Positions 1-10,552 of a DNA stretch of 25,229 bases are shown piece after piece. The notes under the pieces were generated by a model, which was given only the letters and a program-made list of their open reading frames with translations, had not been told where the DNA came from and did not search any database. The stretch lies in contig JBNMNB010000103.1 in the NCBI GenBank assembly GCA_051270635.1, forward strand, positions 1 to 25,229, given 5' to 3'. Numbering within the stretch: the stretch's first letter is position 1; the number at the start of each line of letters is the position of its first letter. The position numbers were made by a program, and so were the translations under genes. The stretch is from Verrucomicrobiales bacterium. Its GTDB lineage: Bacteria > Verrucomicrobiota > Verrucomicrobiia > Verrucomicrobiales > DEV007.

Positions 1-945
1 AAGCGCATGACTGCTGTCACTGGCGAAGCCCTTGGAGTGAAGCCTAATCATGTGCTGGTTTGTTCCACTGGTATCATCGGTATCCCAATGCCGATGGACA
101 GGATCGAAGCGCGGATCCCGAAACTGATCAGTGGCCTGCAGGCAACAAAAGGGGACAACTTCGCAAAATCGATCATGACCAGTGACACCTTTGCTAAGAG
201 CTTCTCCATAGAAGTGCCGATGGGGACAAAGACGGTAAGAATTGGGGCTTCTGCAAAGGGTGCCGGAATGATTCGCCCCAACATGGCGACCATGCTCTGC
301 TTCATCACTACTGATGCTGCAATCGGTAAAGCTGAACTGCGAATGATGACACAGAGTGCCGTAGAGCAATCCTTCAACCGAATCTCAATCGATGGCGATA
401 CCAGCACTAATGACACCGTGATCGTCCTGGCAAATGGTGCCGCAGGGAATCGAAAAATCCAGGGAGGTAGTCCCTCCGCACGAAAGTTTCGAGAAGCGCT
501 CGACTACGTGATGTTGCACATGGCCAAAATGCTGGTGCGAGATGGCGAGCGGGTGACCAAGTTTGTCGAGATACGCGTGCGCGGCGCTGGTTCATTCACG
601 GATGCAAAGAAAGTCGCTGAATCGGTAGCTAATTCCATGCTGGTAAAGTGCTCGTGGAATGGCTGCGATCCCAATTGGGGGCGAGTCATGCATGCGATTG
701 GCTATTCGCGGGCCCGCGTTCGCGAAGAATTAGTGGACATTTATTTTGACGGCTTGTGCGCCGCAAAGAGCGGCCTGGCGACTGAGACTCCCATTGAGAA
801 ACTGGAAGCGGCGGTGACAAAACGCGAATTCACGGTCACGATCGACCTGCACCTCGGCGAGGCAGAGCATTCTGTGTTTACCAGCGATTTGTCCCAGGAA
901 TACGTGGATTTCAATCGTGCGGAGTATGCGGTGCGCGTCAGCTGA
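1..945 (+). CDS. argJ: Bifunctional ornithine acetyltransferase / N-acetylglutamate synthase ArgJ (5'-truncated at window edge)
   Basis: The reading frame is open from nt 1. The protein contains the ArgJ autoproteolysis signature GMIRPNMATMLCFITTDA (ATML self-cleavage site). About 315 aa are visible of an expected ~400, so the N-terminus lies upstream of the window. Confidence 0.85.
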   Translation, partial: KRMTAVTGEALGVKPNHVLVCSTGIIGIPMPMDRIEARIPKLISGLQATKGDNFAKSIMTSDTFAKSFSIEVPMGTKTVRIGASAKGAGMIRPNMATMLCFITTDAAIGKAELRMMTQSAVEQSFNRISIDGDTSTNDTVIVLANGAAGNRKIQGGSPSARKFREALDYVMLHMAKMLVRDGERVTKFVEIRVRGAGSFTDAKKVAESVANSMLVKCSWNGCDPNWGRVMHAIGYSRARVREELVDIYFDGLCAAKSGLATETPIEKLEAAVTKREFTVTIDLHLGEAEHSVFTSDLSQEYVDFNRAEYAVRVS

Positions 946-968
946 TCCGGGAATTCGGGCCGTCACGG

Positions 969-3478
<2,510 letters not shown>

Positions 3479-3573
3479 TACAGCGTCTCGGAGGTCTCAG
3501 CGGTGAGGGGATTAGGAGATTTCGTTGACTGTGAGGGCATCGGTTTCCTGGGCTTGTCATCTCCAGGGCATTC

Positions 3574-4677
3574 GTGTCACTCTGCGGTGCGGTGGCTGAT
3601 GATCTCTCCAACTCTCACGATTCCTTATCCGGCGGTGACTCACCCAGCGAAGTCAGCGATGACTATTGGATCGATCTCGCCAGGCACCCACACGATGCCT
3701 TTTTTAAGGAAATCTTCACCAATACGGAAGATGCCACCGCGTTTTTTCAATCTCACCTGCCTCCTGATGTAGTGGAATCTTGCGAATGGAGCACTCTCAA
3801 AGTGTTGCCTGGATCATTCGTGAAAAGTACGTTGCAGCAAGCGCATTCAGATCTTCTGTTCTCTGTGCAGAGCCGATCAAGAAATCCCTCTATAAGTGGG
3901 AATTCGGAGACTCGCGAATTTTTGCTTTATCTGTTGTTCGAGCACCAGAGCAATGTCGATCCCATCATGCCACTCCGGCTTCTCAGCTACATGGTACAGA
4001 TTTTTTCCGCTCATCATGAGCGACACGGCCTGCCTTTGCCACCAGTGATTGGATTCGTATTGCACCAGGGGCCGGACAAGTGGACGGTTTCGCAGCACTT
4101 TGATCAGCTATTCGATTTGCCGGATGATCCTGTAATGAAGCAGGCGCTGCTCCCGTTTCTGCCGAATTTTCAGCACGGACTTCTTGATCTAACTCAGTGC
4201 GATCCCGGGCAGGATGAGGATGTTCGTTCGGTGCGTATCGTCTTGCAACTCATGAAGCTTGCGCGCGAAAAGCGGCTTCTGGAGTTTTTTGACTGGCTCG
4301 TTATGGCCTGTCAATCATTCCTTGAGGATTTGCCATCCAGGCGGCTCGAAACTCTTCTACTCTACGCCCTGCACGCTGACAGCAATCTTGACATTGAACA
4401 GCTCGCCCGTAATGTTGAGAGCAGCAAACAACTGCAAAAACTCACTATGTCCGTAGCTGAAAAACTAAAAGCCGAGGGGAAAGCCGAAGGTAAGATCGAA
4501 GGGAAAACCGAAGGAAAGATCGAAGGTTTGTGGATTGGGCGTATTCAATTGCTTCAGACGTTGATGGGAAAAGAGGCCTCTACGGACGAAGACTTAACTG
4601 CACAGTCCATAGAGGAGCTTCAGGAAATGTTTGAGGTATTGCAGGTATCGTATGACGCGACAGTCAAGGGCAAGTAA
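3574..4677 (+). CDS. Rpn/YhgA-like PD-(D/E)xK recombination-promoting nuclease / putative transposase (Transposase_31 family) with a repetitive C-terminal tail
   Basis: N-terminal HPHDAFFKEIF matches the hallmark PHDxxFKxxF motif of Rpn family proteins. The C-terminus carries AEGKAEGKIEGKTEGKIEG repeats of the kind found in the variable tails of this family. The true start may lie downstream of 3574, because the N-terminal extension before the PHD motif is unusually long. Confidence 0.7.
   Translation: MSLCGAVADDLSNSHDSLSGGDSPSEVSDDYWIDLARHPHDAFFKEIFTNTEDATAFFQSHLPPDVVESCEWSTLKVLPGSFVKSTLQQAHSDLLFSVQSRSRNPSISGNSETREFLLYLLFEHQSNVDPIMPLRLLSYMVQIFSAHHERHGLPLPPVIGFVLHQGPDKWTVSQHFDQLFDLPDDPVMKQALLPFLPNFQHGLLDLTQCDPGQDEDVRSVRIVLQLMKLAREKRLLEFFDWLVMACQSFLEDLPSRRLETLLLYALHADSNLDIEQLARNVESSKQLQKLTMSVAEKLKAEGKAEGKIEGKTEGKIEGLWIGRIQLLQTLMGKEASTDEDLTAQSIEELQEMFEVLQVSYDATVKGK
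4473..4530 (+). repeat. Imperfect tandem 12-nt repeat (GAAGGnAAGATC-like) encoding (E-G-K-x)n in the Rpn C-terminal tail
   Basis: The sequence gccgaggggaaagccgaaggtaagatcgaagggaaaaccgaaggaaagatcgaaggt can be read directly in the window. It encodes AEGKAEGKIEGKTEGKIEG. Confidence 0.6.
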
Positions 4678-4685
4678 GCCCAAGG

Positions 4686-5312
4686 CTATTTCAATTGAAC
4701 AGCGCAGCCAGGGCAGTGCCGGGGATGGAACAGTTCCCCGAGAAATTTATCGCATGCCGGGCAGTGCCACCAAGTGTGGAGCGCGACCATGGCCATAAAT
4801 AAGAATGGGAGATTAATGAGAAGAAGGATGGAGAGGGAAAAGTGATCGACTGAGAAAGAAAGAGCTACCGAAGCGAGATTACTGAAATGGAACGCTAGTG
4901 CCAGTCTATGTTTCCATTTATTGCTCGCATGTCGGGCGTAGATCATATCTTGCTCGGCCTGCGACGTAACAGTGAATTTCTTTGCGCCGACCTGCAGTTG
5001 CTCCCCACATTGTGGGCAGAACTTGGGCTTAGAAATCTTGCCAATGTATTGGTGACATTGAGGGCAACTTGCCAGTCGCCGAGCGATGATTGCAAATCCA
5101 AGAATCGCCAGGGCTAGTCCTGCCATCAAGGGCCAAATGTTCGTTCCTTGATTGTTAGCGACAAGGAAAGTGAAGAATCCTCCTGCGACCCACAACAGGA
5201 GTAGAAAGCAAACTGCCAATACCCACTGCCGAAATCTCGATTTTCGCAATGCCTCTACATTGGCGAGAATACGCGCATCTTCGGCCGGATCAGATGTCGC
5301 GTTGATTGACAT
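4686..5312 (-). CDS. Membrane protein with tandem duplicated [2-TM + CxxC-x12-CxxC zinc-ribbon] modules; last gene of the flotillin/AAA cassette
   Basis: The protein is 208 aa. It contains two pairs of hydrophobic helices, each followed by a Cys4 ribbon with identical spacing: CPQC-x12-CPQC and CPAC-x12-CPGC. The start codon region overlaps the stop codon of the upstream giant gene by 23 nt (5290-5312) on the same strand, which suggests translational coupling. The gene is convergent with the Rpn gene, 8 nt apart. Confidence 0.6.
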   Translation of the reverse strand: MSINATSDPAEDARILANVEALRKSRFRQWVLAVCFLLLLWVAGGFFTFLVANNQGTNIWPLMAGLALAILGFAIIARRLASCPQCHQYIGKISKPKFCPQCGEQLQVGAKKFTVTSQAEQDMIYARHASNKWKHRLALAFHFSNLASVALSFSVDHFSLSILLLINLPFLFMAMVALHTWWHCPACDKFLGELFHPRHCPGCAVQLK

Positions 5313-8300
5313 CGGATTGGATGTCCACAGGAAGATCTTCGATTGTTTGCGGTTCTCGAGGAGCGCTGCCTTCGTGCACGGGGACGACTTTGATCTCCAC
5401 GTCTACCGGGACAGAGCGAAGATTTGCGATGATAGTCTCGAGTTTTTCAATAGTGACATCGGCCAGGGTGGCCGGTGCCCGTTGATGTGCGGCGGCATCA
5501 CTGAGAACGGTGCCAATTTGCTTCAAGTTCTCGGAGAATAGGCTTAGCTGACCGACAACTCTGGAGACGGGATCATTGTCGCCACCACCGCCGAGAATTT
5601 GATTTCGGCCGAAAGTTTCTTTGATCGAATTCCAGCGCGCAGTCCCAGTTTCATCCAGTGTGCTTTCGAGTTCCTTGAATTTGAGAAGGTTGGATTCGGC
5701 GCCAGTTGTCAGCGTTTGCGATTCGTTTTCGTAGTGGTCGACGATCACGCCCTCGACTTCCTCTGCGGTCATCATCGCGAGGATTTTCTCGGCGATGCGG
5801 TTCATGTTCCGATACGAACCCTGTAGTTTGAATGCAGGCTCGGTGCGGTAATTATCCTCCATCGCGGCAGATCGTATGTATTCAAGATTCACCCGCAGGA
5901 TGGTGTCGCGCACGCGCATCAGCTTCTCGACGATCGAGACCAATTCGTCGATTTCTTCCATGGCGTAGTTGCCCTCGAAATCGATACTTTCACGTGAACC
6001 GCTATCGGCAATTTTCATGATCGCGTAGACGTCCTGCTGGCTGCGGCTGGCGAGCTTGCTAAGCACTGGATTCGATGTGAGTGAGTTCTCGATATAGGAA
6101 TCTTTGAAGACACTGCCGTGACCGCCGATGATATCGCCGAGGTTGTAAGTGTCGGCGCGGTTCGCCAGCATGTCGGGAATCTGGAACTTGCCACCGCTCT
6201 CTGTGTAGGGATTACCAGCCATGACAACGGCGACTTTCTTGCCACGCAGGTCGTAGGTGCGCGGCTTGCCATTGTAGACGCCTTCGATCTTGCGCTGGGC
6301 GTCACACAGCGAGATAAATTTTTGCAAAAATTCTGGGTTACAGTGCTGGATATCATCCAGGTAGATCATCACATTGTCTCCCATCTCCAGCGAGAGATTC
6401 AACTTGTTCACTTCCTCACGCGCGCTGGCATTTGGGGCTTCGTCAGGATCGAGGGAGGTGACGTGGTGGCCAATGGCCGGGCCATTGATCTTCATAAAGG
6501 TGATGCCGAGCCGGTTGGCGACATACTCCATGAGCGTGGTTTTACCATAGCCAGGCGGGGAGATGAGCAAAAGCATGCCCATGCGATCGGTACGCGTGTT
6601 GACTCCGGCGGTTCCCAGTTGTTTCGCAAGGTTATCGCCGATCATCGGCAGATAGACGGAATCGAGAAGCCGATTGCGAACAAACGAAGACATGACGCGC
6701 GGCTTGAACTCGTCGAGACGCAGTGATGCGCGTCTATTCTCGAGCAATTCGCCCTTCAAGTGACCATAGGATTCGAACCTGGGCACGGATACTTCGTCGA
6801 AGTCACGCATCTTCTCCAGGAAGCCGTTGTAGTGCAGCGTGTAGGTGCCGCCTTCAGTCAATGCGTGCGATCCTGACATTCCTTCAATGTCTGCACGAGT
6901 GGCGATCTCGATGACGTCGTTGGAGCGGAATCCGCCTCGGAGTAAGTGCGCCGCGGCCTCATGCAGGACATCTTCGGAAATCGTGTTACTTTCGCCAGCC
7001 GTGAATCCGCGCAGCCAGTCGAGCATGATTTCGAAGCGCCCAGTTGGATCAGTTTCCAGAGCGCCCCAGGCTTCGTCGAATTTTTTTGCCAGGCGTTTTC
7101 CCGTGAGTGCCGTTTTGAAATGGTTGACGGCTTCTGCGGCTTCGAGAGAGACCACGGGATTGCCAGGCGACGTGAACTGGTGAAACAAGTAACGGGCTGC
7201 AGAACCAGTAATCGCCGGGCGGAAGGGGAGCCGTGGATGATTCTGCAGGAATGCCTCAATCACTTCGGTAAACTCACTGATACTAGCGTGATCATTGGTC
7301 GCTGTTGGGAATGATTCCCGCACCAGCCTGAACGATCGCAGTTTCGCCTCCAGCGTGTGCTTTGCTTCAATGTCATCCCATTGTTCCCAGAAGAGAAGTC
7401 CACAGGCGCGTGTGCCAGGAGCATAGCGCAGTAATCCGGCAGCCAGGTGAATCGGCAACAGGCTATCAAGCAGCAGTGCGCAGTCACGATCGTGAACTCC
7501 CTTGGTGTAGCCTTCGGAATAGCGAGGCCCCATGAATCGCTGAATGGACTCCAGCTGCTCGCTCTCCGGCTGTGCCGCGAAGTCGTCTACTGAGTCGGTG
7601 CCAAGCAATGGATCGCTGCCGGATTCCAGTGCGCGTAGAATCCGCCATGCTAGAAATTCAACACGATAAACGGCCTCATTTTCTGATACAGTTTCCTGCT
7701 CCCACACTTCATGGGTAGCGAGGAATGCGGGATCGGTGATCTTTTCGAAGAAATTCGTTCCTGCCAGGTGAAACAACATCGTATCATCACGGGGCACGAT
7801 CGACAGTTCCAGTTCCTGCGTATTGGTGGCGAATCGATGGTTGCCAAGCCGGATGACATTAGTGCCATCTTCGAACAATTCCTGTCTGTCTTTCAGCTGG
7901 CGGACAGCATCTTCACGCAGCGTCTTGAGGCGCGTCTGGACATCACCGGCTTTCACCGAATCTCCCAGTTCCTCGAGTTGCACGATAATGTTGCGCACCT
8001 TTTCGATCATCAAATCGGATGCGAGATACCCGTTGATGTCGTTGATGGTTTTGAAACCTTCCAGCCGATGACGAATACCGTTGAGCACGCGATCGGCGGA
8101 CTTTGCCAAAGTTCCTGCCCGGCGATTGCGGGCTTCCAGCAGCGACTGCTTGCGCGATTCGAAGGCGCTATAGACTTCTTCGCGCTTGGTCGTGAGTTGT
8201 TCGACGTATTCTTCGAACTCGCTGAACCTGCCTTCCAACTCTTCGAGCTGGATCATCGTCTTGGTAAGGAATTCGTCGCACTTCTCAGGTGCGCTGCAGA

Positions 8301-10425
8301 GATCCAGATAATTGATGACCGATTGGTTGAGAAGTTTCAACTGAGCGGTGAACTGAGCAGCGCCTTCCGTGCGTGACAGATTCTTCTTTCGATTCTTCAG
8401 TTCTACTTTAACCTGATTCAGAGTCGAATAGATGGAAGAAACGTCGTCAATAATCTTCGTCGTATGAGTGGCATCCTCGATCTTGAGGTTGCTGACGATG
8501 TCGATGAGCATTTCTAACTCAGCGCCCGCAGCATCCAGTTCCTTTTGCGTTTCAGTGGCCTCAGCAGCCTTGTTGATATCAGGAATGCGTTCCTGCTGGA
8601 CCGCGACCTTTTGCCGGTAGGGATCCAAGGCTTCGTCACGCAGCAGGAACTCGACACAGAGGTTCGACTCACGCTCACTTGCATCCTGGCTCTGTTCTTC
8701 GAGTGAATCGACCAACTTGAGATCAACGTAGCGCAGGTCGCGGAGCGAAATGATTTCGCCGCGCACAGTGCGGAGTTCGGCCAAGTTGTGCACGAACCCG
8801 AGGATATCATCGGGCCGTGTGTGCTCAACGGTTTTCAGGATTTTCGCGGTCTTATCGCGCACCCGGGCAGTCTCTTCGCGGGTGTTCTTGCGCACACGCT
8901 GGACTTTGTCGAATTCGTCGATCGCGGCCTGTGCGGCGCGATTGATCTCTGTCAGTGCACTCTTGAGGTCATGCGCTTCGTTGCGACCGGCCCAGAAGTA
9001 GGCGTCGCTGATGTCGCCGGTGATCTTGACTAAATCGACATAGAGATCGGCATAGCTGTCGTCTTTTCCGAGAAGAGTGAGGACTTGCTGGCACTCGGCC
9101 ATGCAGCGCACGATCTCTGCATTGCCCACCTTGTAGAGAAACGAATCCTGTTGCGTATCAGGCGCGAACGATTCTTCAATGTACGGCGTCTGCCATACTT
9201 GCAGCGCGTGATGCTTTTGCGGTTGTTCCTCATCGCGGAAATAAATCAGCTCGCCATTGGCGAACAGGCTGTAACCATTGCAGATGATCGGCGTCGACAC
9301 TGAACGCGCGATCAAATTGTAAGGCATAAGTATGTAGTCGCCGCTGATGCGATGGTAGAATACGTAGAGGAAATCCTCTCCGTTAGACGATGCGATGCGA
9401 CGGTCGAAGTACATATTCGAAAGGTCGTTTTCGAAGAGTTTGAATTCGCCGCTCTGCAGGTAGTAGCCGTTGGAGAAAATGATTCCGTGATCGTCGGGCA
9501 GGAGGACACACGAATGGCGAATGGAATCGATCCGCCGCACCTCGCGCGTCTTTTCATTGAAGACAAGAATACGTTCGTCCTTTTCCTGATACGGTTTGAT
9601 GTTGAGGATAATCAGGCTGCCGACGAAAGCGTAGAAAATTTCCGCATCGTCGAGCGTCTGGTCGACATGGTCAACCGGCTCGGTGTAGATGCCTTCGCCA
9701 GACTCCGTGTTGTCCTCCAGCTTGACCGTTAGATCACCACCGATGGTTTCGACGAAGATGCGGTCTTCAATTGAAATGTGTGGATGATCGCCCACGCGCT
9801 GCATGTCGCGGTGTGCGCGTTTCCATTCGAACTCACGCTGTGGTGGGAATGCGTATTCGTGATCGAAACGGTTGCCGAGATACTCAAGTGTTCCGTTCCC
9901 GTCGATGAGGAATTTGAACGTCTTGCGATCGTCGATCGACTTTCCGACTTGGAACGCCATGTAAAGGTTCGGCCCGATGACCATGAACTTTACGAAGACC
10001 GTCTCCCGATAGAACTTGTAGAGATATTTAAAATCTTCAGCGAAGGCGCTGTCTTCGACAATCGTATCGAACGGGCACTCGTGGAATGTATGCGACTGCG
10101 GATCAAACGAGTAGCCAGCAAAGACATCACTGATGTCAGTTGTCGACTTTAAGCCAAGCTGGACATTATATGCGAACAGAAACCGATTGGCTCCGATCGA
10201 GATCATGTCGCGCGGTGTGCAATTATTCTGCGTGGTGACGCGATCAGTGGCAATCAGCTGAGCTTCAATTGCTCCGAAAACGTCTTGGCGATCGGTATTG
10301 AGTTGATTCAGGCGCTGACGCAGATTCGTGCCGTGCTTCTCCATCCGCGCACGGATGATCTCATAGGCACCGCCTTCCAGCTGATCCTGCTGCTTAGGTG
10401 GTTCTTCCAGGATGACTTCAGACAT
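5290..10425 (-). CDS. Giant (1711 aa) multidomain protein with a single MoxR/AAA_5-type AAA+ ATPase core, a long central coiled coil, and N- and C-terminal domains of unknown function
   Basis: This is a single uninterrupted ORF. Walker A is LLLISPPGYGKTTL at about nt 6535-6575 (residue ~1292). Walker B plus the MoxR-like DEINRA-equivalent is VMIYLDDIQHCNPEFLQKF at about nt 6340-6372. Sensor-1 and the arginine-bearing segment VAVVMAGNPYTESGGKFQIPDMLANRADTYNL lie at about nt 6121-6215. This segment aligns with the MoxR/AAA_5 consensus fVlATqNPiEqEGTYpLPEAqLDRF. Residues ~480-840 (about nt 7900-9000) are heptad-rich coiled coil. A possible GGAGA ribosome-binding site sits 9 nt upstream of ATG 10425. 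Confidence 0.85.
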   Translation of the reverse strand: MSEVILEEPPKQQDQLEGGAYEIIRARMEKHGTNLRQRLNQLNTDRQDVFGAIEAQLIATDRVTTQNNCTPRDMISIGANRFLFAYNVQLGLKSTTDISDVFAGYSFDPQSHTFHECPFDTIVEDSAFAEDFKYLYKFYRETVFVKFMVIGPNLYMAFQVGKSIDDRKTFKFLIDGNGTLEYLGNRFDHEYAFPPQREFEWKRAHRDMQRVGDHPHISIEDRIFVETIGGDLTVKLEDNTESGEGIYTEPVDHVDQTLDDAEIFYAFVGSLIILNIKPYQEKDERILVFNEKTREVRRIDSIRHSCVLLPDDHGIIFSNGYYLQSGEFKLFENDLSNMYFDRRIASSNGEDFLYVFYHRISGDYILMPYNLIARSVSTPIICNGYSLFANGELIYFRDEEQPQKHHALQVWQTPYIEESFAPDTQQDSFLYKVGNAEIVRCMAECQQVLTLLGKDDSYADLYVDLVKITGDISDAYFWAGRNEAHDLKSALTEINRAAQAAIDEFDKVQRVRKNTREETARVRDKTAKILKTVEHTRPDDILGFVHNLAELRTVRGEIISLRDLRYVDLKLVDSLEEQSQDASERESNLCVEFLLRDEALDPYRQKVAVQQERIPDINKAAEATETQKELDAAGAELEMLIDIVSNLKIEDATHTTKIIDDVSSIYSTLNQVKVELKNRKKNLSRTEGAAQFTAQLKLLNQSVINYLDLCSAPEKCDEFLTKTMIQLEELEGRFSEFEEYVEQLTTKREEVYSAFESRKQSLLEARNRRAGTLAKSADRVLNGIRHRLEGFKTINDINGYLASDLMIEKVRNIIVQLEELGDSVKAGDVQTRLKTLREDAVRQLKDRQELFEDGTNVIRLGNHRFATNTQELELSIVPRDDTMLFHLAGTNFFEKITDPAFLATHEVWEQETVSENEAVYRVEFLAWRILRALESGSDPLLGTDSVDDFAAQPESEQLESIQRFMGPRYSEGYTKGVHDRDCALLLDSLLPIHLAAGLLRYAPGTRACGLLFWEQWDDIEAKHTLEAKLRSFRLVRESFPTATNDHASISEFTEVIEAFLQNHPRLPFRPAITGSAARYLFHQFTSPGNPVVSLEAAEAVNHFKTALTGKRLAKKFDEAWGALETDPTGRFEIMLDWLRGFTAGESNTISEDVLHEAAAHLLRGGFRSNDVIEIATRADIEGMSGSHALTEGGTYTLHYNGFLEKMRDFDEVSVPRFESYGHLKGELLENRRASLRLDEFKPRVMSSFVRNRLLDSVYLPMIGDNLAKQLGTAGVNTRTDRMGMLLLISPPGYGKTTLMEYVANRLGITFMKINGPAIGHHVTSLDPDEAPNASAREEVNKLNLSLEMGDNVMIYLDDIQHCNPEFLQKFISLCDAQRKIEGVYNGKPRTYDLRGKKVAVVMAGNPYTESGGKFQIPDMLANRADTYNLGDIIGGHGSVFKDSYIENSLTSNPVLSKLASRSQQDVYAIMKIADSGSRESIDFEGNYAMEEIDELVSIVEKLMRVRDTILRVNLEYIRSAAMEDNYRTEPAFKLQGSYRNMNRIAEKILAMMTAEEVEGVIVDHYENESQTLTTGAESNLLKFKELESTLDETGTARWNSIKETFGRNQILGGGGDNDPVSRVVGQLSLFSENLKQIGTVLSDAAAHQRAPATLADVTIEKLETIIANLRSVPVDVEIKVVPVHEGSAPREPQTIEDLPVDIQSDVNQRDI

Positions 10426-10552
10426 TCTTTAATTTCTCCGGTGCAGTGGCTTCATTGAACGACGGACGTTCGATATCGGTATCCGCATTCTCTTGTGTGA
10501 CGGTGGTCGATTTCCCCAGTTGTTTATGGGAGGATGACTACCCGTCTCTTGA

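Noticed and set aside
6760-6780. GGATTCGAACC on the plus strand, which reads GGTTCGAATCC on the minus strand: a perfect tRNA T-loop consensus
   Set aside because: The flanking bases do not form a T-stem or acceptor stem (3/5 pairs at best). The motif also lies inside the uninterrupted giant CDS. It is a coincidental match.
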